Shown here piece by piece: positions 24,713 to 37,329 of a stretch of DNA of 64,000 nt. How positions within the stretch are numbered: position 1 is the stretch's first letter; each line of letters opens with the position of its first letter. The notes under the pieces are model-generated. The model had not been told where the DNA came from. It was given only the letters and a program-made list of their open reading frames with translations, and did no database searches. Both the position numbers and the translations under genes were made by a program. This DNA comes from Harriotta raleighana (lineage: Eukaryota): assembly GCA_050575255.1 (NCBI GenBank), contig JBNZDD010013678.1:3986690-4050689 (forward strand), in the 5' to 3' direction.

Positions 24713-26139
24713 GCATATTGATACAATACATTGCTACAGAATATACTTGATATAAGATAAAGGATGGACGAAAATACTTCCATCAACTTTGGAGGATATA
24801 GCACAATTACGATGTGAAGACATAAGGTCCCTCTACAACACAATGCTACAATTCTGAAAACTCATTGACTAAAACTAAAATAAAATCCAACAAACAGGAC
24901 AGAATCGGCCCTTTACCCAATGTGCTCTGAACACATTTAAAACTTGGGTCCAAAGAATTTGGAAAACTATCAGTGCAGGATGTTTTCCTATGTGATTTGT
25001 TGTGTTTTGCTTTGTCTGTGTTTGGTTTATTCTGACTTGATGCAGGACCTTTGCGTCTGTTGTCTAGGTTTGTGGTACTCACTGAGTTAACTCCGAATGG
25101 GTGACAAGGAGACATCTGGCTGTCAGCTACAATTACATCCCTGCACATGAAATTGTTTATAAATACTCGGGTTTCCCTTTGAACGGAGATCTGTGACAAA
25201 TAGCAGTTTTGGGTCATTAATGTAAGGGGTTGAGTCAATTTAAAGATTAAACAGAATTAAAAGAGATTTATGAGAGGTGGCGTATTCCATTTTAACTGAG
25301 CAAGAATCTCTTTTCTAGTATTATCTCAAAGATGCTGTTTACATTTATGGCCCACAAAGCCAGGCCTTGAACATAGCAAGACCTGTATCTGAGCAGCTAT
25401 TGGAACGGTAACAAGGGAGTTTAGAACTCTCTGAATGAAAACAATTTCTGCCCTGAAATTTCTGCATCACCGTGTTAAATTTATACTACCACCAGAAAGT
25501 CTTGGGTAATAAAACAGAAATTTCTTGCATACAAGCCCCTGGTGCCAAAGCTGGTGGAGAAACCAATGCAGTGGTTTATGATATCAATGCTTTCAGACAA
25601 TTTCAAAGACTGAACATTTGTATTTATGACACAAACTATTATACTCCAAATTGACTGCTGTTTCATAAACAGGAACTCTGTGGTTTGTGATACACCACTG
25701 AGCAACTGGTGAGTTCAGCTCCAAGTTAAAAAGATTCCCACTTCCCAGGCAAACTGTTTCAAACTGCCTGGGAATTAGCTTGTTTAGCACCAGAACAGCA
25801 TAAAGAGACTGACACCAATTCTAACCCATCTCAGAGACCACAGAATTGGCACATCATGCGTTGGAATACTATTAACCTATTCTGGGACTCAGTTCAGTGA
25901 TAGAGCTGTATTGAAAGCACTAGCGTAAGTAAATATTGTTTGAATTTGTGGAATCTAAATTAAATCCTCACTGTAAACAGGATGTGAAGAATACTCTGCT
26001 GAAATATTTGAGCTACAAGTTTCATGCCTGATGTTTACCAGTTCTTCTTTTGTTAGTAGAGCATGTTATCAGAGGCTGGTATGAACCAAGCCTATGTAGT
26101 GTAGGGCAAGAAAGTGACCCATTCCAATACATGGGAATA

Positions 26140-27250
26140 ACAAAGTAACAGATTCACACAGAGATAGACCAGTGGCCCATTTGGACTTATCCCTTCAATT
26201 TCCCCCAAAATTCTCATCCTCCCAACAACTTGGAATCCTTTAGGCAGTCTCTCTTACTCTTAAAGGNCAAATTCTCCTCCTCCCAACAACTTGGAATCCT
26301 TTAGGCAGTCTCTCTTACTCTTAAAGGCTGCGTGGATTTTTTTTTTAAAAAAGCTTCCTTTTATTTTCCACTCACATTTCCACCCAGAGAGTGAAACCGG
26401 ATTGTTATCAGACCCTCCAGATGTTCCCTTGCTAATCAGGTCCCTTTTCTTAGTTAAAACCAGATCCACTATTGTATTTTTCCCTGGTTAGTTTCGCTCA
26501 CATTGTTTCAGAAATGAATCCCACCACAACTTCAATGCAATCGCAATCGCGGGTGGCCGATCCTCCATTGTAAATCACAATTTTATATTGGGGGAAGTTG
26601 AAATCCCCTGTGATCAATCCCGAGAACCTGGCACTCATCTGCTATGACCTCCCAAGGCACTACCTCTACCTCCTCTGATTGTCCAGTGCCCTGCAGCATG
26701 TAACAACCACTCATATTCCTTCTCCCCCTTTTCACTTCAAAACAGAGACATAGTCCTACTTCCAACATGCTTATTCTCAGCCACGGATAATTGTTCCCCC
26801 AATAAATAACTCACTGCCTTTGCTTTTCATCTCTGAAGCACTCAACACCTTGCAGGTTAATTCTCCACGCATCATTATTTTTGTGCATAAGGTGCAGTTA
26901 TTGCCACACCATTGGCTTCCTCCCAATTTAGTAGCACCCCAAGCTCACCATTGTGTTCCTTATTGAATTCATATAAATGCACCATTAGAAACAGTTCCTA
27001 ATTATCATTTACTTGTGGCCAGCCCTTTTTTCTCTTTACCAATGTCTTAGATTTACATCCCCCTACAAACTGCCTTAATTACCCTTCCTGCTAAGTTACA
27101 CATTGGAAACATTGATTCCCATCTGGTTTAAGTGAAGCCTGTTCCCTTTGAGTAACTTCCCCCCCACCCGCTCCAGAAGATGTCTGAGGAATCTGCAACC
27201 TTCCCTTCACTACTTCCTAAGACACATGGTGTCTGACGTATCTTAGGTCA
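26140..27250 (-). mobile_element. Old CR1 remnant: ORF1 esterase end, ORF2 endonuclease, and a 3'-end-like segment
   Basis: Minus strand gives RLHLNQMG (CR1 ORF1 SGNH GLHLN motif, ~27120-27145), GDFNFP (~26590-26610, frameshifted) and DLVLT...SDNN (~26400-26470). Confidence 0.7.
26206..26327. repeat. Duplication flanking single N at 26267 (probable assembly artefact)
   Basis: 26206-26266 and 26268-26327 are near-identical. Confidence 0.85.
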
Positions 27251-28619
27251 TTGGCACCTGAACCAGTGTTTCTAGAGCAGGCCATAAACTGCAGCTTTTG
27301 TCAGTATGTGAAGAAGATGTGTTAATAATGCTCTTGTTGTAGATTTATTATAAGACGTGGAATGAGAATTTTATACGTTACTACTGAAGTTCTTTGGTTA
27401 CATTCATATTGATGCAAGCTTTTGATGGCTTTAAATCTCATTTATTGGACAATTAGCATGGGGAGTGTGCAAAATAATGACTGGTAGAGAGGTTTAAGTG
27501 TAAACGGCACGCTGTAAACAGTGATTAAAGGAGTTAGTCTTGGATCAGCCTTTAACTGACAGTGCTGTTTTTCTGCCAGGTCTGTCAGCACTGAAGCCAT
27601 AGAAAAGAAATGTGTGTCTAGTGGCTCTTGAAGACTCTGACATTCGAGTCGTGGATCATGTTAGCAGTGACTATACTGAGCAATTAAACTGCTTTTATTA
27701 CAGGCTCTTCTGCAAAATAGTATTGTTACCTCCGATAAGGCAGAGCACTTCATTCTCTCAGTCTCTGTTGTACACTCTCCCTCCGTTCTCTTGTTTTCAT
27801 GGTGAATATAACACTGCTGCCACTTCCCTGTGCCAGAGCTGTTTAGCTGAAGATGTACAAACCAGTTTGCAATGGATGGATAACACTTCTGCAGAGTACA
27901 TATTAGGAATAGACTCGAGCAAGGGTCTTGATTGGCTGCAAACTCCATTAAAAGACGCACCACAGATTAGGCTTCACTCTGTGAGAGAAGCTGTCTCTGT
28001 TTAACATCAGGGGCATTCATTATTGTAAAATCAGGAGGATTACAGATAACAATACTGGATATATATATTTTAAAATTGTACTTATACTTGCACTTATACA
28101 GAACTTTCCACCAAGGATTTTTAAATTGCATTTAAACTATATATAGTAGAACCTTTCATCAAGGATAAATAAACACTTTTAAATCCTTCATAAGAAACAT
28201 AAAATGCTTTACTAAATATAGAGGCACATATTTTAGAGACAATGATATCTTTATCCAGGTTGAGCACTGTGCCAAACTGGCCTTGTGCGAAATTCCATAA
28301 TATACACTGGCTTTGTGCAATAACCTCTAATTCAAGGTTATCTGATCAAAGGGGAAAGTAGTTGGTATATCCTAACTGCATTTGTGAGTGGAAGTCATCC
28401 TGAGAGTCACATTGTAAATATCACTGACAATGGCTTCTTTGGAGTGGACACCATTGTGATTTTGCGTTGCTTCACAACTTCCTTAGCTAGGACTCCATTC
28501 TTTGTTTTATCTACGTGAATGCTGGAGGGGGTGGGGTGGGGGGGGATGTTGATTTTGCCATTAGATGTAAGACACAGCTCCTGAACACGCTCACTTCACA
28601 TTTCCTGCGCCGAATTCTT

Positions 28620-29640
28620 TTTTTAAATTTGTCTGGCCAGTTCTTGTGGGTTTTAATTTAGAAAATTCATGACGGGTGTATTTGTGAGGCGGCTCATTGC
28701 TATTCATTAACAATGGGCAAATCAGAAAAGGTAAATTGTCCTATTAGCACCAGTCAGTCAAACAACGGCTGGTAGAAAAAGGTCAGAGCAAAAAAATGAT
28801 CAGCCTTAATGACCGGAATGAATAATTACAGTGAAACAATGATCACAAAATTTAACCCTGATCACATTCCCTTGTAGATATCAGAAAAATACATGAAACT
28901 CACTCTTTAGTCATGAGTTAGGAAGCAATGGTTAAACATTTAGCTGGTGGGTGAGCAACGCAATGTAGCTCCTCACTCAGTCAAGGCTTTCCAATAATTG
29001 GACAATGTTATGTCCTACACATTATTCCTCACTTTTATTATTATTTAGGTTCCAATAGGATCTTATCGGTTTGGGAATTAATCTTACTGGTTTCGATTAC
29101 ACAAAGTTCATATCCTGTGCTTCTCTGCTACCAGTGACAAAGATATTCCTATAGGACAAAATGCAGTAGGCCCCAGCATCCATCCCAGGAACTGCTCAGT
29201 TAATTACAATCAATATTCAATTATCAGTAAATTAATCAGTTCAATCAAAAAGTCATCGCCTTTTCTTGGCCTATTTTACTTCTTTGTCTTGGCTGCTGGG
29301 TTCTGTGCGAGGAGCCGTGTGCTGCATGTTATTGTTGGACTTGGGGAGGAGGTAAAATATACTCAGCCTGCATGTGCAGCTCTTGGATATGTCTGACCTT
29401 TACATAATATAATCTAACTGCCCTGCATCTCCTACGCCGCAGAACACAGATGCAAATGACATTTCTGCCAAGAGTTTTGCTAATTAAAATGACTTATCTG
29501 CAGTTTGTAATTGAATGGTTGTCAAGTCCTAACTTTTACAAGCTGTTGTGAATTTTGCTCATATTAAAAGTTTCATCCACATAAAGAATCGGATCCAATT
29601 TGCGTCAATAAAACATGAGGTACTACGTGATAAGGAAAAA
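28620..29640. promoter_or_regulatory. Putative conserved non-coding element / enhancer cluster
   Basis: Unique AT-rich sequence with SOX motifs AACAATG (28709, 28835), many TAAT/TAATTA sites and no young TE. Enhancer function is inference only. Confidence 0.35.
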
Positions 29641-30039
29641 TAAGCTTTATGTTTTAATGATATTCATGTTTCTCCCATGTGTTGGTTTCTTTAAAAAACA
29701 GTCATCTTAAACCAATAATTCCTAAAAACTTTTTTTAAAAAGTGTTTTTGAAAAATGTACTTCTTGTGAGTCAGATTCTTACTCATTCCCTCCCCCTTTC
29801 TCTTTACATTTATTTTCTGTTCTCGTTTATTCCATTCACCACCCCTTTACTCATATGTGGCAGATTTGTCTCAAGATTATATCTTTATCTGATAGCTGGA
29901 GGGTGACGTTGCTGATTTTCACTACATCCTTCAGTCTCTACTTTTACATTTTCTTGTTGATCCTCAAGACCAGGTATTTCATTGGGTAGAGAATGGTGAA
30001 CTGACACTGTGAGGGAGCTGAACTCACTTTGGTTATTAA

Positions 30040-30330
30040 AGCAGAGAGCCCCGTGTTTCAGTTATCACCACCCTTTAATAATGTAAGGTAAATTAATTAT
30101 TTTCCTTTGATCGGAACCACGCTTTACCCAGGTCCTTATTGTTACTATCAAATCAGCCACTGGCAAGCATTGCACTTCCATCACTGCATTATCTGCTGCT
30201 GTATGAACTGTTTGTAACTCATTCATTACAGAGACAAGTAGAGCAGGATGTTTAAATTAATTGCATTATGAACCAAACTCCCGATGAATGATTTAATTAA
30301 AAGCTTTCAGTGACCATACCCCTTAAATAT
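30040..30330. promoter_or_regulatory. Putative conserved non-coding element / enhancer
   Basis: TAATTA (30094), TCF/LEF CCTTTGATC (30104), POU-like TTAATTGCAT (30257) and TTAATTAA (30293). Enhancer function is inference only. Confidence 0.35.
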
Positions 30331-32039
30331 ACAGTATAGTAATTTTTTTTTCTAATGGTATTTAGAAAGAATATCGGCAACAAAATTCCCTCTTTATTAG
30401 ATGGAATTTACTTGAATCTAAAGTCACGAGCATTTCTTCATGAATTCATTGAGTCATTGTGTAAAGTAGACTAAAGGAAATTTCTGTGAAATGACCTTTT
30501 TCATAAGAAAATATATTGTATTACGCAAGTATGACTTCCTTGTGTACTTGGCACTGTACCTAATCTACAACAACATCCTGTCAGAATTGTATTCTAAGGC
30601 TTCATATATCTGTTTTCTGCCAAGACCTTGCCATGGTTTAGCAAGCACAGTAATCCTTGGAGTCCTCAATTTCCATGTTTTAGTGACCAACACCTACAAA
30701 CATGAAATGGTCGGAGATTAAATAACAGAACTTTGAATAGACTTTGTTCCCAATGAGGGACAAAATATATTCCCACTCAGCAAATTAACGTCTAATGTGA
30801 AGTCTAGCTTCAAAGCTGCAATTTGTCAACATTATAATAGTTTTTTCGTTAAACACTTCAAATCAAAAGGCTGATTTCAAGTAATTGTTTTATGCAAGTT
30901 TAAAATCAAAATCATTTTGGTGTGTTTGCATCGATTATAGATATTCTTTTCTATTTGTCTCCCAGGCTGGGAAACTATCTACGAAACATAAAGCTTTTAA
31001 ACGCTATATAATTGTACTATTATATCAGAGCAGACAACATAAAAATGTAACAATGTTATTGCCTCTGGTCCTCAGTCACCTTAATTGCCTCAAATGATCC
31101 TTAACATTATAGTACAATAGTATATTTAACAATGAAATCTGCCCCAGTTATATTAAAGGTATAGCAGTTCAATGTTAATGGGACACATTAAAGGGACATT
31201 TACAAATGACATCATAAATTGCTGTCATCAGAATGCTGTGTAAATGACAACACATGAATAAGTGATGTCCTGTAAAATATAGCGTATCAGGCACACAACT
31301 GTAAAGATCCCATCCTTAACTGTTACATTGGATAGACAGCTGGCAAATTGTACCAGTACATTAGTTGCACATCCAGCTCGTATGCAACTGCATGACTAGT
31401 TTCCCAGAGACCTGGCAGATAGTGGATTTTAAAGTCTGGGAGAAAAATGGAAAAAAAAACATCTTCGACCATCTGCTTTGAAAAACATAACATTTTGCCC
31501 TTTCAACAACAAAGAAACATGTGCACAAGGGGTCTCGTCAAATCTCTCCAAAATGCGACATTTTTTTGGCTTGAATTAGATGTCGAAGAAGAGGTGTCTC
31601 GGAGCCTCCCTCCTCCACATTGATGGAATTGCACCCATTGTCGGATGCAATCGTTTCAGAAGAGGACTTGTGTTCGCTGTATCCACAATCAAATAAAAGT
31701 ACCCAACCATTGTGGTAAGAACTCAGGGGATTGCAGGATATGTTCCCAAATGTTCACACACACCATGCAATATTTTGTAAATATATTGTTTATTTCCAAC
31801 ACTCTCATTTCCTTTCTCTGCTGTATATTTGTGTTTGTTTTGTTTATTCGGTATCGACGAAAACTGTTACATTAAAAAAAGCGGCATTACTAAAATTACA
31901 GTGGAATGAAATTACAGTGGCTCCGTTGATGTACTCGGAGATTCCATTAGTCAAGGATAATCACAATCAATTTCAAATCGTGCCAGCTCTGCTGTTCCCA
32001 TTCCAGATTTGAACAAATGTCTCTGACTATGGTTATTAA

Positions 32040-32340
32040 GGAGTCCTGTAACTCAGTGGTTAGAGCACTTGCCTTACAAATGTGAGACCTGTGTTTCGAA
32101 TCCAGGCAAGTCAGGGTGAAACCTTGGGCAGGTTTCCTTGCTCCACACGCCTTATAATAATCCGTCCAAAAAATAATTGGATTTTAATCCACGACTGTTT
32201 GTGGGACACTGCTATGCGGAATTGGTTGCGTGTTTTGCCCACAAATATACAGTAAATTCACTTTACAGTATATTCTGCAAAGCACTTAGAGACGTCTAGA
32301 AGACGTGAAAAGCGCTCTATCAAATGCAAGGATTATTATA
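32040..32340 (+). mobile_element. Full-length young tRNA/Deu/L2-tail SINE (SINE2-1_CM-like)
   Basis: A box TAACTCAGTGGT, B box GTTTCGAATCC, Deu segment CTGTTTGTGGGACACTGCTATGCGGAATTGG, and tail GACGTGAAAAGCGCTCTATCAAATGCAAGGATTATTA. Five more full copies occur in the window. Confidence 0.92.
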
Positions 32341-32849
32341 AACAAACTGAGGATTTTACTGAACATACATTGATTGTATTTCAGATGACTCAGAATTTTA
32401 ATTACACGTTTACAGCTCCATTATCTGGAATAAGATACTTATTGAACAGTGAGTATTGCCTCAATGTATGAGGAGTGTTAGAACCTGTATGGGGAGCCCT
32501 GTCAGGAACTGGGCACTGGCTGTTAAGATGGAGGGCGCAACAGGAGCCAGGTGTCAACACATCATAAATGAATGTCCTCAAGTCACCGCAGCTCTTGCTG
32601 GGGAAAAAAACAGGTTGTTTTATCTGATTCCCACAGAAGGTGAAATGGTACTTCCAACAAATAGCAAAACTCAGAATGGTCGGAGGTCTGTGTGTGTGGT
32701 TGTCTGATCAGTTATATATAACAAAGCCATCTTATGAAAGAGGAAATAGCAACACTCTACGCAGGAATTGGTACGGTTTGAAAAGAGAAGGGAGTTTTTC
32801 CTTGTCTCCTGTCCAACAATCCCCCAGACAAAATTGATCATTCACTTTG

Positions 32850-32985
32850 TGGCTATTGTGTAACATTACTGTGCACAAATTGGCTGTCATTTTTGCCTGC
32901 AAAGATACAATCACTAAAGTTAACAAAATCCTGTGATACGCTTTGAGATATCATGATGACGTGATCACTAGCTATATCAAACACT
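32850..32985 (+). mobile_element. Older Deu-SINE 3' fragment
   Basis: CTGTGCACAAATTGGCTGTC...CCTGTGATACGCTTTGAGATATC...GACGTGA...CTATATCAAA. Confidence 0.7.
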
Positions 32986-35900
32986 AGGGTCAATAATATA
33001 ATTGTTGTTAGGTATTAATGAACGTTAGTTCAGCAGTAATACAGGAGCCCTCTCTGCAATGCTGACGGCAGGAATGCTGATGGTATACAGCTCCCTCCAG
33101 TGAAGGATATAGATCACTGCAGCTTCTGTTGAAATGGACAGACCCTTTTCTTAGTCATGTGCAGGTACCAATGATCAAATCACTCCTTCATCTCCATGAG
33201 TCATGAAGGTCTGAATCACCCCCTACATTCTCTGTGCTTTCATCTGCTTATAAAACAGCTTCAAACTGCACCATTTCCATTACCTGAGATCTTCCAATGA
33301 GAAGGCTGTATAAGCAAGATAGCTCAGTCAAATGGAACAATAGAACACAAGACAAATTTCCATTTACTGGTACAAACAGGGCTTTGAAGCTCGTTCAAAT
33401 AGTATTTTAACTTGAGTTACATTTTTAATAACTCAGATGAATTTGTGTAGCAGAAGTGATATATTGCATGTAAACTGTGCCAAAATGAATGAATCGGGCC
33501 AGCCTGCCCTGAGCCCTTCAGCTTTCCATTCTCACTAGCCATCAGCAAATGTTAAATGACATCAGAGCATCTCACATTGCAATGCTCGTAGTTGGAAGTG
33601 TATTGTTATGGCTCCCTCCAGTGAAGCTTACAGTTTACTACAGGCTTCAGTGAAATGGGCCTTTCCTCGTACAAGGGGTTTGACACCCTCTCAGGGCGTT
33701 CCACTGATCAATGATCTCTCAGGATTGCGAGACAATGATTGCACAGGATATGACAAGAGGATCTGCTCTCTGTCTCCCATCAGCATTGGCTGGCTGCTCT
33801 ACTTCCTGGTGTTACCAGGGCTGGAACTGGTCTTCCATCCTGAAACCCCAATCAATATGCAAGGCTGAAGTTCAATTATATGGGAATATAAAAAGACACA
33901 ATACACAGTGGAGGTAAAAGATCACAGATTAGGAAAGTAGTGATGCAGTTTGTAACTCATTCTTCATCACCACATCACCTTAAAAACTGTGGAAGACAAG
34001 TTGCCTAAAGCAAACGCATCGACTTTATTATTAAACGCTCTACAGGCTGAAAAAAACATAGTGTCGATACAAACGGCAATGAAAATGTTTACTCTAGTCC
34101 CCATCATGTCAATGTTGTTCTGTAGCTTGGGAAACTTCTCCTGCCTCACTGCTAAGTAACTCAGTAGATGAAAGACTAAGAGATTCAGGTGGTGTCCCAC
34201 AATTAAGTGCAGGGTTACATTGAGACTCTGTTCCACCGTTCTGAAAATAAATCCAATTTTATTTCAGAATATCCCTCACAGGCCTGTAAGACAATGGCAC
34301 ATTTCTGTGACCAGAATGTTAATTATTATTTGCTCATGTAAACTCAGGAAAAAATTAATTTGTTTGGTTGATGCCAGTTGGCTAGGCACACACCAGATCA
34401 CATCAGATTGACTAGCAAGACATTTACAAATCCAAGTGATTTGATCCCATGCCACGATATTTTAGTTTCCTCTTTCCATCGTACTTTATACGGGAGGAAT
34501 GATCTACACATAATAAAAACATAATATACCGATGCCTGCTCTTGTCACGTGGAGATCAAAGCTTCAGCAATTTTACAGTGAATGTTTTTTATGGTTGCTA
34601 TCAGAGCACACATCCACTGCCACAGGAAAGAGCTCCTTCTGGCAAAAAATAAGTAGCCGTCTATGGGTTTCCAATATCTGAAATTTAGTTGGCCAACTAA
34701 TATTATAGTAGCCTGGAGTTACTATAAATTACTTTTTCCAATTTACCAACTTGTCACTGTGAGTATGTAAAGAATGTTGACCCGAGGCTTTGGCTTACAG
34801 TACAGCACTGTGAGAAAGTACTCCCGAGACTGACAAGATAAAGGAATTCTGCCTCCTTGTGCTTTGTCAGTCCGAAAGGTTTAAACCATCGATCCATACA
34901 GTAGAAAGTTGGATTTGTAAAGTTTCATTTTCATTTTATTGCATTGCAATAACAAGCTGCAGCCATCCGCCATTGTTTCCTATGTACACATTTTTCATAA
35001 ACTTCATGTAAAATTTTCTTTTACACCAATTCTATTATTACCAAGCAATTGAAATATCTGACAGTCCCGAATATCCAGGAAATAAAGTAGAAGTGAAAGG
35101 GTTACATGACAAGGGGAGAGATAAATCACTGCTGGTAACACTGTCCTTTTGAAAAACCACATATTAGACTAAATGAGATCTAATGTATATATCAGCAAAC
35201 AGTTATAGATACATTTTGCTTTGAAAGTCTCATCTGTCTTTCCTGTTAAACAGCATTTGACACTCAAGAATGATGGCTGTAAGCGAACACTGTATGCCAA
35301 AGCAATAAGACTTGATGAACGCCTCAGCTGTAAAGAATGTGACACGTTTTACAACATTATATAGCCTGTTTGCAGCAGCAGAGCTGAGGCAGGAATGATT
35401 GACTGGAGGGCAGGTTACTCGGAGTCGACGAGCCACCTAAAGCATTTGCTGGTAGCGGGTGGTGATGACAGTAAAGTCTGGGGTGCAGACATTCCATTGC
35501 TAAATGCTGAGATTGTCTTTCGCATGTGCCATTTTATTGAAACAAAGCTGTAACCCGTCATCAAATTGAAGCCACGTGTGAGAGTCAAGAGACGATAGGT
35601 AAATCTGTGATACAGCATGAATTGGAGGCAGTAACACTAGCAGTTCAGTTCAAAAGAAGAGACAAAATGTGTATGACATGTTTCGGAACAAATAGATAGT
35701 GAGGCTTGTCTCGGAAATATACTTATGCAGAGAATAAAAGACAAGGTACTGTTGAAGGCCCTGACAATCCATCCAGTTCAATCTGTCGTTTATTAGCCTG
35801 TTCAAAAACTCTGCAGATCACAGTTACCTACATCCTGCTTCTTTGCCAAGTCCATCCCCCTGTTCCTGATTCAAGCAGGAATCTGCCTTATATCCTGTCC

Positions 35901-37029
35901 CATTGCTCCATGTGAGTTGGCACACACTGGGCTGGGCAATAGGATCTTAAATGTTCCTTCTCTGCCCCTCATTTTGTTATTGCTTAGAACAGTTTTAGTA
36001 AGTTTCAAAAAAACATCCGTTTGTGGACACTGAAAAAATACTTTCTGAAATTGGGAGGAATGTGAACGGAGTCCAGCCACCACGCAAATAATCCAACACT
36101 TTGTATAGAGTCACAGATTCCATGGGAGCTGGCACACAAACCCTTTATTTCTTTGGAGTCTCTGAAGAAGAAAGTCCAGCTTTTCCGTTCTCATACTTTG
36201 CACAAGGCAGGTCTGTGGGTGAAGAAAAGTACAAAAGAAAATAGACAAGCATGGGGCAAAGAGAGTCTGGGGCGATTAATAATAATTATTAATAGATAAT
36301 ACAGTACTTCATGGTATTATACTTCATAGCCTGTGAAGTAAATTGACTGTATATTTGTGTGGCGAATCAAATTAAATAAAAACAACTGTCATTGTGGGAG
36401 GCTAGAGACCCATTCAGAGTGGGTATTGGCAAGGTATCAGTCAAAGCCAACTATTTCCCACTGCCTAGCATTTAGTTCTTCACTACCATGTCAATGAATA
36501 TCAATGTCACTGCACTGAAACCACTTCAGAAAATCATCTGGTATTTTATCATATTAATCTGCTCTCTGTATAGAGCAGGATACATTCCCTTCCATCATCA
36601 TCCTCATCAGTTTGTTGATATATTCTGCCTACCATTGAGCTTTCAAAATCCAACTCATTCTTCTTCCTGCTCTGACACAACGCCCTCCTGGTTACTCTTC
36701 AAATGCTCGGAAAACATACTGTCGTAGCTCTCCACTTCCACTCTCATTCTTTCTATGTTGTTTGATAAAACTCTATTCATCTTCTTTTGGCCAATGTGAA
36801 CTGATTAAATATCATAGGGTCAGAAGTTTTACTTGACTGCATGTTGCTAATTGGACTCCAGGAGTGTATATGTGTGTTGCGTGTGTATGTGTGGGGATGT
36901 GGGGAGATGGTAGTGGATGGATGGTGAGATGGATGGTGGGGTACAGGTGTATTTACAACCCTGGGTTGACTAGTCAATACTATTCAGTCTAACGCTGGTG
37001 ATAATATGGTGAGTATTTTTATTTTTTTT

Positions 37030-37180
37030 ACTCGAATCTTCCTCTTCGACAACCCATTGGCCACTCCAAATCCCTCTCTTTCCCTCCACCCTCCCTGTCC
37101 CCAGCTCGGGTCTGAAACAAAGACTGTCCAGCGCCTTGTGATATCCTCCTGACGTGAAAGGCGCTATACGGCAGTTTTGT
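37030..37180 (+). mobile_element. L2 3' tail
   Basis: CTTCCTCTTCGAC...CAGCGCCTTGTGATATCCTCCTGACGTGAAAGGCGCTATA matches 622-785. Confidence 0.75.
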
Positions 37181-37329
37181 ACAGGTGCATGTGTGAGAGT
37201 GTAGCAATTTCAGATACACACTGCCTCCTTCGTGATGGAACTTGATGAGTGTATTCAGGGATATATGGTTCCGTTCTGGAGAGAATGCAATGTGTTATTC
37301 GATTTGTCAATGGCACAGTGTTTCCAGAC

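Noticed and set aside
27612-28004. 130-aa ORF overlapped by a 100-aa antisense ORF
   Set aside because: No recognisable motif, GTG start, and composition typical of non-coding DNA.
28524-28546. G-run tract with G-quadruplex potential
   Set aside because: Short simple G-rich tracts are common and nothing else supports a function.
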